This document shows, in pieces, positions 38,657 to 50,930 of a stretch of DNA of 64,000 nucleotides. The position numbers were made by a program, and so were the translations under genes. The DNA comes from Octopus bimaculoides (lineage: Eukaryota). The stretch covers positions 18,467,894 to 18,531,893 of the forward strand of contig NC_068998.1 in the NCBI RefSeq assembly GCF_001194135.2, given 5' to 3'. Under the pieces are notes generated by a model. The model saw only the letters and a list, made by a program, of their open reading frames with translations, was not told the DNA's origin and did no database searches. Every line of letters starts with the position of its first letter. Positions within the stretch are counted from its first letter, which is position 1.

Positions 38657-38805
38657 CTTATCCTATCAGCATTGAGGTCTAGGATTCCTTGAGGAAGATG
38701 TGCTTTTACTGCAGAAAGTGGATAAGAATTACTGAGAGAACAGACATTGTCATAATAGGTTTCAAAATCATAAGCCCCTCTCTGTCTAGCCTGTACACCT
38801 TCCAT
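38657..38805 (-). CDS. CEP78: CEP78 first coding exon (exon spans 38657-38818, preceded by a 5'UTR intron)
   Basis: cttttaatcgcag|GTGTTCGATTACC ATG ... AG|gtaatt. Encodes MEGVQARQRGAYDFETYYDNVCSLSNSYPLSAVKAHLPQGILDLNADRI(R), matching the CEP78 N-terminus (human [51 protein letters not shown]). The phases of exons 1-3 join in frame. Confidence 0.93.
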
Positions 38806-38980
38806 GGTAATCGAACACCTGCGATTAAAAGAATAAAAATTATTTAAAGAAAAATATTATACAGAATGATAAGTTAAATTATTTATTTTATTTATCAAAG
38901 TATAATTTGAGTGGAACATATTCTTAAAAAGAAAAAAGTCATTAATACAGAATTACAAATAAAAAGATAGCATATGATAC

Positions 38981-39418
38981 AGGTTTCAAATTTTGGCACA
39001 AGGCCTGCAAAGTTCAGGGGGTAGGTTAAGACGATTACACTGACCCAAATGATCAACTGGTACTTATTTTATCAACCCACCAAAATGATGAAAGGCAAAG
39101 TCGACCTTGGCAAAATTTGAATTCAGAACTAAAAGACGAATGAAATGCCACTAATCATTTTGCCCAGCATGCAAATAATTCTGCCAGCTCACCACCCTTA
39201 ATGGTGTCAAATTTTGGCACAAGGCCTGCAAGCTTAGGGGAAGGGTCTGAGTCAATCAGATTGACTCCAGTACCCAAATGGTATGCAATTCATCAACACT
39301 GAAAGGCTGAAATGCAAAGTCGGCCTCAGTAGTATTTGAACTCAGAACGAAAAGACGGATGAAGTGCTGCTAAGTATTTTACCCAGCATACTAACAATTC
39401 TGTCAGTTTGCCACCTTA
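38981..39418 (-). mobile_element. Two co-oriented SINE family B copies
   Basis: Both begin with reverse-tail TCAAATTTTGGCACAAGGCCTGCAA and end in head GCCAGCTCACCACCCTT / GTTTGCCACCTT. Confidence 0.78.
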
Positions 39419-39739
39419 AATAGTGTATGAAATTATTAATAGAAACAGCAATTTTATCATTATTTTGTCTAAAGAGGTGAGGCCAATATATGAAATACTC
39501 TTGGAGTAGAAAAGCTGGGAAATGTGTATGGTTTGTGCAGTTAACATAGAAATTTACAAGTTGGATTTTAGTGAAAATTACAATCTGAGAGTGTCCAGAA
39601 GTGATCAGTGCAAGGACAAACCTAAGGGACAAATAAGGGAAGCTCTGTTGATGCTGAGGATCAAAGACAAAGCTTTGCTCTGGATATGAGAACTGTACAA
39701 CACCAAAGTAAGGCATATTATAAAAGTCAACAACAACCC

Positions 39740-40125
39740 ATGTGTGGTAAGAAGTTTATTTCCCAACCACAAGGTTCTGGGTTCAGTCCCACTGCATGGA
39801 ACCTTGGGCAAGTGTCTTCTATTATAGCCTCAGACCGACCAAAGTCTTATAAATGAATTTGGTTGACAGAAACCGAAAGAAGCTTGTTGTGTGTGTGTGT
39901 GTGGGAGGGGTGTCTTTGTGTGTGTTTGTCCCTTATCACCATTTGAAAACCAGTGTTAGTGTGTTTATATCCCTGTAGTTCAGTGGTTCAGCAAAATAGA
40001 CTGATAGAATAAGTACCAGACTTAGAAAAATAAGTCCCAGGGTCAATTTGTTCAATTAAAACCCTTCAAGGCAGTGCTGAAGCATGGCCATAGTCAAACG
40101 ACTAAGATGAGTAAAAGATAAAATA
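39740..40125 (+). mobile_element. SINE family A copy
   Basis: Typical head, internal TG repeat and tail. Confidence 0.78.
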
Positions 40126-41199
40126 TTTTGGTATGTCTGAAAATATGAAGCTTCCACGAAAGATCAGTGAAGATGATAAATCTTGGAATATATACAAGTA
40201 AGCTTTGAGGTTAATAACTGTCTGAGGAAATATGTGGTGTGTAAATTAAGAAGAAACCTTTCAAGCTACTGTTGAATTTTATTTAACCAGTTTCACTAAA
40301 CTTAAAAACATTTCCTAACAATTTTTGATGCCAATGATATTGGATAGACACCTACGTAGGTTTTCTCTAATTGTCATTCACATATAATATACAAGCCTCA
40401 ACTGGTCATTGATCTGGGTTTTAGTGAACTCTGAGAAGTATTTTAACAGCTCAGTTATTTGCTGAATACAAATGTGATTAACAGCAAAAACATTGGCAGT
40501 ATTTATTTTGATATATATGACTTGAATAGTTCAGTCTAATAACTTCAAGAATTTTTTAAAAATTTCTTACAGTATAAAAGAATCTAGATATCAGTTTTGA
40601 TTTAAATCAATGTTCCACAACCACTTTTTACTTTGATTCCTATTTTATTCTCCTTGACCCCCTATAGTCATTCAATGTTTTAAAAAATCCTATTATATTT
40701 TTAATTGTTAAATATCATTAGGAATTATATAAAAGGATTGTGAAAATATTTTGTGCATTGTAGAAGTATAACCAATTTATTGCAGATAAAGTTTAACAAC
40801 AAAATCTTATATGGACCCCTAAGGGTCATATGGACCCAGGTTGAGAACCACTGATTTATATAAATATACAAGTATGCATACATGGATACATTTTTATCTT
40901 GCCACTAACACTACAGTTGGGTAAAATAGTGATTCACAAACTAACAAATACCAGATAAAACAAAAAAAACATTTGTCCCCTCCTCACTTATTTCTAAAAA
41001 AAAAAAAAAAAATAGTTTGCATCCATACAATTTTTCATCCATTTTCATAGTGTTGGGCAAGTTTAGAAAGTTTAAAACCACCTTAATTTCATTAAATATA
41101 TCAATGTGTACGCTCCTACTTCAATCCTCACAGTCCTGTTCAACTCCTATAAGAAGCATTGACCCAAAGAGACCTCGCCACTCTGTATCATTTTTGTAT

Positions 41200-41361
41200 T
41201 AGGCTATATGATTAAGAAACTTGCTTTACAACCACATGGTTTCAGGTTCAGTCTCACTGCATGGCATATAGGGTGTCTTCTATTATAGCCCTGGGTCAAC
41301 TAATGCCATGTGAGTGAATTTAGCTGACAGAAACTGTGGAAGCACAATGTATGTATATATG

Positions 41362-41395
<34 letters not shown>

Positions 41396-41406
41396 TNNNN
41401 NNNNNN

Positions 41407-41449
<43 letters not shown>

Positions 41450-41737
41450 GTTTTATGTATACATACATATATGTGGTATGTGTGTATGTGTACATATAGT
41501 ATATATGTATTCTTTTACCTGTTTCAGTCACTTGGACTGTAGCCATGCTAGAGCACCGCCTTTAGTCGAACAAATCAACCCCAGGGCTTATTCTTTGTAA
41601 GCCTAGTACTTATTCTATTGCTCTCTTTTGTCGAACCGCTAATTTATGGGGATGTAAACACACCAACATAGGTTGTCAAGTGATGGTGAGGGGACAAACA
41701 CAGACACAAATATATACAGACACAAAGAAGCCTGTTG

Positions 41738-41801
<64 letters not shown>

Positions 41802-42150
41802 CAACAGGCTTCTTTCAGTTTCTGTCTACCAAATCCACTCACCAAGGTTTTGGTTGGCCCGAGGCTATAGTTGAAGACACTTGCCCAAAGTGCCATGCAG
41901 TGGGACTGAACCTGAAACCATGTGGTTGGGAAGCAAGCTTCTTATTGTACAGCCATGCCTGGTGTACATATTTGTGTATGTGTGTTCCTGCCCCACCACA
42001 TGACAACTAGTGTTGGTTTGTCTACTTCCTCACAACTTAGCAGTTTGCCAAAAGAGACCAATAGAATAATAAATGAATACTGGGCTCAATTTGTTTGCCC
42101 CAGCGTGGCCGCAGTCTAATGACTGAAACAAATAAAAGATAAATAAATAC
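41200..42150. mobile_element. Nested SINE A: minus copy (41510-41960) inside a plus copy
   Basis: Plus head 41200-41345, (TA)n, a minus full copy, then the plus tail resuming at about 41975-42150. Confidence 0.72.
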
Positions 42151-42802
42151 TAAATACATATGGCAGAATCCTGAGCAGAAAGAAAAATCATGGCAAGGAA
42201 TGGGTGTGGTTGCAATATCCTTTAGGACAGATGAGTCTAAACTACTATAAATATCAAAGACAAATTAATCCAAACACATAAGGCACTAAATATATAAATA
42301 TACTGCTTACTTGCATCCAGAGCTGCCATCAAAATCCAGTAATAGTTTCAAACCTAAGTTGTTACATGCACTGCACCATTGTATGTTCTTCATATAAATA
42401 CGGCTATTTTTAGTTTTTAATCTGCAAATCATTTTTGCATCAGATGAAATAATAGCAAGCACTTGGCATTAGTCCACAGCTAAATCTTTTCAAAGACTCA
42501 ATTTTCAAACGGAAAAAAAAAAGATTTAAACTATTCTCTCAGATAGAATAAAAAGATTTTGTTTTTTAATTTATATATTTCCCCTTTAAGTTTTTTTTCC
42601 ATTTAATCAAGCAAAATTGACTAACCTTTCTACAAAGTAAGAGGCAATTTACATTAGTAATCTTTTTCTCCCAATAGTTCAGATTCTATNNNNNNNNNNN
42701 NNNNNNNNNNNNNNNNNNNNNNNNNNNNNNNNNNNNNNNNNNNNNNNNNNNNNNNNNNNNNNNNNNNNNNNNNNNNNNNNNNNNNNNNNNNNNNNNNNNN
42801 NN

Positions 42803-42837
<35 letters not shown>

Positions 42838-42990
42838 ATGATTACTGCCTTCAGAATAGCTTGCAACTCGCAGCTAAGGATTTATATCTTATAGCATTCC
42901 ATTTAATTTTTCTTTCCCAGCAAGTTTCCTGTTTATTAATAAATGTCCATAAATAGCAACCATTTCATCTACTAGGATGGTCTCCATACT

Positions 42991-43218
42991 TTAACCCTTT
43001 AGCATTTAAACTGACTATATACAGCCTAAATATTCTATCTGTTTCATGTTCAAACTGGCTAGATCCAGTGTCTCACACCTACCCTGCAATCTCGTTCTAA
43101 AAACAGACAAACACATCGTCAAAATCTTGAAACTATGAGATAATGCATGATTAATTCAGAACAATGTGAATAAATAAGCATTACATTTGACAGAGCAATC
43201 TGAATGCTAAAGAATTAA
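42991..43218. mobile_element. 220-bp TTAA MITE
   Basis: TTAA|CCCTTTAGCAT ... ATGCTAAAGAA|TTAA. Confidence 0.8.
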
Positions 43219-44137
43219 AGTATATCTGAAATCTATTTACTTATAATATATAGTATCTGGTACTTGGAAGAATACAGTTGTATTGCAGTTCATAATGTTG
43301 TATTGTTATTGTATTATAGGCTCAACTACTAGCATTAAGTCACCTTGGTTACGATAATTTGCCAATATGCCATCAATGTACAATACAGTCAACAAAGAAT
43401 AGGCTTAAAAGGATTATTTATGAAGTAAGAGCACTTTCAGCTCCAGTATTGCCTAGTTTATATTCTGGAAGGGACATTAAGATTCAGATTAACACTGACT
43501 TGAATGTCCAGTCCCATTCCTTATTTCTTTACCATTTAGCCCTAATGGCAAAACAAGTTATACTATCAGGGAAAGAAGAATGGACAAAACAGACGGATCA
43601 ATCAAATAAACATTTGAATACACCATCTATTTTCTGTACTCAATTACTTTAAATAATAACACTTAGCAACAATCAAACCAATCAACTGAACTGGGTTGTT
43701 TTTTTTTTGCTGCTGGAAAGATAAAGGGACTTCTTTTCAAATATATGTATCTTTTACTTGTTTCAGTCACTGGAATGTAGCCATGCTGGAACACTGCCTT
43801 CAAGGGTTTTTAGACAAACAAATCAATGTCATTACTTTTTATTTTTTTCAAGTCTGGAACTTATTCTATCAGCTTCATTTGTCCAACTGCTAAGTTACAA
43901 AGTAACTTCATAACCAGTATTGGTTATGAAGCAATGAGGGTGGTATACAACACACACACGCACACATATTTGATAACAATTTCGGTTTGACTCAGGTCTA
44001 TCAGCTTAGTTTCGTAGACACATAGGACATATCTATACCATCTGAGTTGAGTCAAACTGCTATTAAAAATGTATGCAACTCCTACTTGTAATGTTGAATG
44101 CTATTTTCTTTCATTTTCTCACTCACTCGTGTGTATA

Positions 44138-44173
<36 letters not shown>

Positions 44174-44174
<1 letters not shown>

Positions 44175-44543
44175 TGTTGTTGTTGGCACTCCGTCGCTTA
44201 TGACGTCGAGGGTTCCAGTTGATCCTATCAACGGAACAGCCTGCTCGTGAAATTAATGTGCAAGTGGCTGAGCACTCCACAGACACGTGTACCCTTAACG
44301 TAGTTCTCTGGGATATTCAGCGTGACAAGGCTGACCCTTTGAATTAAAGGCACAACAGAAACAGGAAGTAAGAGTTGTGGTGGAAGAGTACTGCAGGGTT
44401 CGCCACCATCCCCTGCCGGAGCATCATGGAGCTTTTTTAGGTGTTTTCGCTCAATAAACACTCACAATGCCTGGTCTGGGAATCGAAACCGCGTCCTATG
44501 ACCGCGAGTCCGCTGCCCTAACCACTGGGCCATTGCGCCTCCA
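44174..44543 (-). mobile_element. tRNA-headed SINE family F
   Basis: Reverse head GGAGGCGCAATGGCCCAGTGGTTAGGGCAGCGGACTCGCGG..GGTTTCGATTCCC (A and B boxes) and an (AAC)n tail. Confidence 0.85.
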
Positions 44544-45457
44544 CATATATATACACATACATTCAGCTGGCAAAAATGAGTAATACTTGTATTTCAAGAA
44601 GCCAGCCTTGTTATATCCTGTGTTACGCTGAATCTCCCTGAGAACTACATTAAATGTATGCATGTCTGTGGAGTGCTCAGCCACTTTCATGTTAATTTCA
44701 TGAGCAGGCTGTTCCAATGCTTGGATCAACTGGGACCCACATAATGTGAACAGAAGGTCACATTATGTCTTTGGTGAAATTTCAAGGGAGTGTTGCAAAT
44801 CAACCTGTAAGTACAGCTTACAGCTAAATGTGTTATACCATTATTATTTGCCCTAGAATAACTATATGAAGTTATATTCCTATCACAGAATGAATTACAG
44901 GACACAACATGTACCCGTTCATTTCATGAATATCTGCCTCTCTACATCTGTGGACTTGTATTTGCACAAGATATCATTTTATTGTGACACGTTAATTTTA
45001 ATTAAGATTAGGTGTCAGATCTTAAAACTTTCTGTTTAGTTTTATTGACTTTATTCAACACCAAAGTCATGGCACTTTTCCATTTCTCTTCTTTTAGCCC
45101 CACCCCACCATATTATGTACACTTTGTAGTGTGTGAATAAAGAGAAAAATAAAGTAATTTTGACAGAGGCATAGATTATGTTCAGTACAAAGTCTGACAG
45201 AGCAGACTTATAATCAAAGGTTTTCCAAACAACTATGACCATCGTGTCTTTGTAATATATTTAAACTACTTTTTCCAATATGTCTTCCTGTCCTAAGGTG
45301 GCAGATTGTGAGTTCATGGCGATTTGGATTTTATTTCTAGTAGATCAAGCAACTACAAAGAGGTATCTTAATCAGAAGAAATGTAACTTTCTGCATATGC
45401 AAAGAAATTTATGTAAAACTGAATTAATGTTCATAGAAGTTTTAAGAAGTTGATTAA

Positions 45458-45915
45458 GGCGCAAGAGTGGCTGTGTGGTATAGGCGCAGGAGTGGCTGTG
45501 TGGTATAGGTGCAGAAGTGGCTGTGTGGTAAGTAGCCTGCTTACCAACCACATGGTTCTGGGTTCAGTCCCACTGCATAGCACCTTGGGCAAGTGTCTTC
45601 TACTATAGCCTCGGGCTGACCAAAGCTTTGTGAGTGGATTTGGTAGACGGAAACTGAAAGAAGCCCATCGTATATATGTATATATATGTGTATGTGTGTG
45701 TATATGTTTGTGTGTCTGTGTTTGTCCCCCCAGCATCACTTGACAACCGATGCTGGTGTGTTTACGTCCCCCGTAACTTAGCGGTTCGGCAAAAAGGACC
45801 AATAGAATAAGTACTAGGCTTACAAAGAATAAGTCCTGGGGTCGATTTGCTCAACTAAAGGCGGTGCTCCAGCATGGCCACAGTCAAATGATTGAAACAA
45901 GTAAAAGAGTATAAG
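45458..45915 (+). mobile_element. Full-length SINE family A with triplicated 24-25-nt head
   Basis: AGG(C/T)GCA(A/G)(G/A)AGTGGCTGTGTGGTA repeated three times at 45457-45530, then the complete body and a GTAAAAGAG tail. Confidence 0.88.
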
Positions 45916-46509
45916 AGTAAGGATCAAACAAAACTACTACAAATCAGAAGTCGTGGAGGTGCTATAAGGTCACACTTCACTCATCTTCCAAGAAATAACA
46001 GTCAGACTTCCCTTGAATTACCTAAGCATGTTATAAAAGGTAAGATGCAGAATGCATCTAGAACTACATCATCCAGAGTCAGAAATTAAGATGGAGAATC
46101 ATGGGTGGGATGCCTTTGGTCATTCATGTAATGTGTTATATGTCAGCAGTCACATGGAACATCACACTACTGGCATCACTGTTTACACCAGTCATGAGCA
46201 AACTGTAGCCCATGGAGCTTTCTGAATGACATGCATAATGAAAGATTACTTTGCATTTTTTAGTAGTGCAACCCACCTGATGATGAGCTATGTCTCATGC
46301 AGCCCACTTCCCAAAAACCATTGCATATGCCTGGTCTAAACTCATAATATATATGCTCACTGTAAACAGCTGCTACTGTGGTTACCAGCAAAGATACATA
46401 CATTTGACATCACACAGGCTCTAAATGCTTCTGACCATTTACTCTTAAATTTTGCCAGCTTGCAATTCCATCAGCCACAGTGAGTAGTATTTTTATCAAA
46501 AATATAAGC

Positions 46510-46880
46510 ACAAGCATGGCTGTGTGGTAAGATGCTTGCTTCTCAATTACATGGTTCCAGGTTCAGTACCACTGCATGGCACTTTGGGCAAATCTTCTAC
46601 TATAGCCTTGGGCTGACCAAAGCCTTGTGAGTGGATTTGGTAGATGGAAACTAAAATAAGCTCATCTTGTGTGTGTGTGTGTGCGTTTATCCCCATCACG
46701 AACCAGAGTTGGTGTGTTTACATCCCTGTAACTTAGCAGTTAGGCAAAAGAGACTGATAGAATAAGTACTAGGCTAAAAAAATAAGTCCTGGAATCAATT
46801 TGTTCAACTAGAACCTTTCAAGGTGGTGCCCCAGCATGGCCACAATCGAATGACTGAAAACAAGAATAAGAAAAAAGATA
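46510..46880 (+). mobile_element. SINE family A copy
   Basis: Typical head and tail blocks. Confidence 0.78.
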
Positions 46881-48586
46881 TTGTTTCTTTTTTTAGTGGC
46901 TATTCATTGTTCAAAATAGTTAAGAGTCACAGATTTAGAAGGAAATTGAAATCACAGCAACCTTTATGTTACCTGGTCAGTGAAAGCCACTGCCCTATTG
47001 ATAACAACTCTGGATGGTAGCTGCAGAGTGGTTCAGCAAATGGGCTGTTTGTGAAATACTTGCATAAAAATGAACCATTACTAGTCATCTCAAGTTGGCT
47101 AAGTCCTCTGTGATATCATGAAAAACTACCCTTCAAACTAGATCTAAAACATGTTGCTGTACTCATTAATACAAGAAGCAAATGTATGACATGGTGTTCA
47201 AATTACATGACATGTGCAGGGGAAGAGATAAGTTTTACTTGTTTGAAAAATGTCTTCAACAACATTAGACCTACAATTCCTATGAAGTCAGATCTTGCAG
47301 AATATAACCATGTTTCTGTCCTACTTCATTTATTCATTTCATGCCCATTTTCCATGTTAGCATAGTTTGGATGGATGTAAATATTGAGGATTGGTTTTCC
47401 ATAACCAGATGCACTTCTTGTTGCCTTCGTTTATCTGATTTCAGGTTAAAGATTTTTATTCTAAAGGAGAGAACAGAAATACTGGGCTGTTTTGTTGACA
47501 AGAAATGTTAACAAACTTCCCTAATTTCAGTGCAACCACAAATGTTTACATCACTGTTCATACCTTATAACTCAGCATAGTTCTGTAAACATTCACACAA
47601 ACATGCATCAATGCACACACACACACACACTTATACACACATTGTTTTCATCTACTAAATTCTCTCACAAGGAATTATTCAGCCTGGAGCTAAAGCAGAA
47701 AAGTAGAAGATACTTTCCCTAGGTGTCACACAGTAGGACTGAAATGCTGTGTGGTTGACAAGCAAACTTCTCAAACACACGGCATCATTTAGTTGTACCT
47801 ACATTAATTATTTCAACATAATCAAGGATGAAGCTCAGCCTAATTATAACAATTTTCTCAACTTTACTATGTTCTTGTCCAGTGGTACAAACCTGGGTGT
47901 TGAATCATTCTGACAGCTTGACGCTGATGTATTCTTCATAACAACAGTATAGTTTGCTCATCATCTACTGCAACAGTGTGAAAGAAACCATCCCAACCCC
48001 AGCTGTTACCCAAAGTCTTTTATCAACAATTTTCTAGACACAGAATAGTGTAAAAAGAATTGTGGCAGGGAGCCTGTAACTGACCCATAAAATGTAACTT
48101 CCCTAAGTTGCCCCTAATCTTCATGAAAGGCTTTACTGCCATTTGTCTGACTTCATGTTATGGCATATTTGAACCCATTATTCTCTATAAAGCACGTGCC
48201 TTAAAGAACAAGATTGTCGAAATAAAGTCTGAGTTTGAAAATGGTCATAGCTCTTTTAATAAACTTGTGAATATTTCCTTTATTGCAGAGATTACAGAAG
48301 AATTTGGCATTGGAGATGCCAAAAATTAAACCACTTCTTCAATACTGACCACATCAAGGACCTAACCAGGGTTTGTGAATAACATTTAACTACTTAGTGT
48401 TGAGTTTCAAACGCAAAGGTAACCATGAGGAAGCTATCAAACGTTTTGAGTGAATAACAACTCATTGGGCATCTTATAATGCACGTGGAATGCATCATGA
48501 TAATGTTCTGGAGGATAATAATCAAAACCGTTACACTGTCCTCTTGACGAAGTCCAAAGATGCACAGTTATTAAATCAGAAACAAG

Positions 48587-48735
48587 CAGGGCCGGCTCAA
48601 GGTACCAGTAACTCGGGCAGTCGCCTGGGAAGCCAAGGAGGGCGTGACAAAGACAAGGAAGTTTCCATGACCGTCAATTTGTACATGCCGAAGTTCAGCT
48701 TGCCCAGGGTGCCAGCAACCCGAGGGCCGGCCCTG
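48587..48735. mobile_element. 149-bp hAT-type MITE with perfect 8-bp TSD
   Basis: TIR CAGGGCCGGC...GCCGGCCCTG; GAAACAAG duplicated at 48579-48586 and 48736-48743. Confidence 0.9.
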
Positions 48736-50619
48736 GAAACAAGTCGGTTTCTGTCAGTGCTACAGCAGGAAAACAAAACTTCTGAAAAAGATACAAGTTA
48801 GTTTGGCGGATTTTGTCTTCTTTTGTTTTTCAATGTTAAAATTACTATAAAAGTGACTATAAGGCAAAGTCACTGAAAATTATACTAATGCTAACAGCAT
48901 CAGTTATGGTACCAACAGTACCTGGTCAACATCTATACTTTAGCTATCTATCTACCGGGTCTATATCATTTAGTGTTGATGTTGATGTGGTGTTGCACAC
49001 GTTTCGCAAGAAGGCCGGCAGCTTTACTGTCACTTCAGATAACATAGAAGAATTTAGTCAAGAAGATGCTGAAAGTTCAACTATATCCCAACTTGTTTAA
49101 CAATAATAAACTGGACACTGGTCATATTGAGGACCTAACCGAAGACTGTCTATATCAGTCCGCAACTTCATGTGCAAGGATGCCCATTGGCAAGCTAGCG
49201 AACGCTTTGAGGGCTCGTCAAACCCGTGGGTACCCTACGATGTTGCAAGATAAATTCCCCAGATGAAGACGAATAATATTCGATGAATGACTAGTGAATG
49301 AACGACAAATATTCGGGGGGAAAATAAACGAACCATACAAGAGGAAGACCAACCATTCTGAATGACAATGGACCATCTTCGAAAAGAAGATAAACGTATA
49401 TGGTGGGAACTGAGCACACTGGTAGGCGAAAACCACTCAGAACACAGACTGCCGTAGATGAAAGCGAATTCAAACAAAGGAACCAATGTGGAACAAAAGC
49501 TAATTGTCACAAATGAAAGCAAACACTCGTCGTGCAGGTCTACGGTCAAGAATGAAAATGAAACATTCAGATGGCAAACCATCCCAAATGGAAAGGACTC
49601 CTACTAGAGATTTCTTGTTGTGGTTCTTTCAAATTTATGTAGTTTCATTTTCGATGACAGCTTTTGAATCGTATGTCACTAACTGTAAAAGAATTTTGTA
49701 CAAAACACTGCTTTAAAACAATGTATTTTTTCTGTGCAATGATACGTAACTAATATAAATAAATTAGTGTTTTGTTCCAAAATACAGTCTCGTTTGGACA
49801 TGTATGTTGTTGTGTATCGCGATGCTTTTGTTTTCATGTTTACATTCAAAAGAATAATAAATATTTTGAAATAGATGTGGCAATATTGAATTTATTTGTT
49901 TAAAACGAATAAAGCAAAATCATATACTCACTTTTAATTAAATGTCATCGGTCTCAATCAAACTGTAAGTTGTTTATCGCAAAAAAATATTTGTTCCCGG
50001 TGTAATCCCGATAACATGTAATATCATGAATGAAAAGCTTGACAACGAAGAAACGAAAATGGCGGGCGTCTGCCGATGGGTATATGTAAAAATGGGAACT
50101 GAAACGAAATCATAAAAGCTGACAGATAAGTTATAAAAATTAATTACTAATGTTAATAACTCACATACGACATCTGTTTCATAAAAAATAAAATATAATC
50201 AAGCCAATCTTTTCTTCACCTAATAAGTATTTTCACTTATACTTTTGATGCTGGCTCGTGTCCGTTTTCATTAGTTAGCCCTCAATCTTGCCAACTGAAT
50301 ATGCTTTGCTGAGAAGATTTAATAAGACCGAAGCACGTCCATTACTATCACCATAGCTTTAAAGACTATGTCCACTCCACTTTGTAATCCCTTAATTGCC
50401 CCAAAATTTCGATAAGTTGATCTTATTGGAGTCATATTTGTTTTGCTTTTGTTCTTTTTTTTTTTTTTTGAAAGATTTTAGATCCCAGAGTAAGTTTTTG
50501 TTTATTAACTATTTGCATAATCTCTGCTGATCGAAATTTTTCAGCTTACTATATTACACATATAAGAACTTACAGATCTAACTAATTAATTATCAATGTA
50601 CTGGAATCAGTGTAATCAA

Positions 50620-50930
50620 CACGCATGCGTGTGTATTAGAGAGTATGTGCATGTGGAAGAGGGCTGGTAACCTTGATGTGTGCGTGTGTGTATGTATAAG
50701 TGTGTGGATGTGGGGCTGGGAAGTGGTCAGTGCTAGTGTGTGCGTGGTGTTGTGCAGTATGGTGGTGTATAGTGTAGTGATGTGTGGTGTGGTGTGATGG
50801 TGTTGGGAGGTGGGGGCAGCAAGGGTGGGGTATGTGGGATGGATAGGGAAGGTGGGGTTGGATTGTTTAGGGGTGGGTGAGGTTACGAGGGAGGGGTGAC
50901 GAGGAAGGGGGAAGGGAGAACGTAGGTAGG
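50620..50930 (+). repeat. GT/GGG-rich low-complexity tract with G-quadruplex motifs
   Basis: Seven G>=3 runs at 50805-50857 with loops of 1-7 nt. Confidence 0.75.

Noticed and set aside
44470-44543. tRNA gene (also the heads of SINE A, B and D)
   Set aside because: A and B boxes are present but continue into SINE bodies with repeat tails; no complete cloverleaf with a proper 3' acceptor arm.
49235-49582. 115-aa minus-strand ORF and overlapping ORFs as a small membrane-protein gene
   Set aside because: No recognisable motif; several overlapping frames are open, as expected on the antisense of A-rich sequence.
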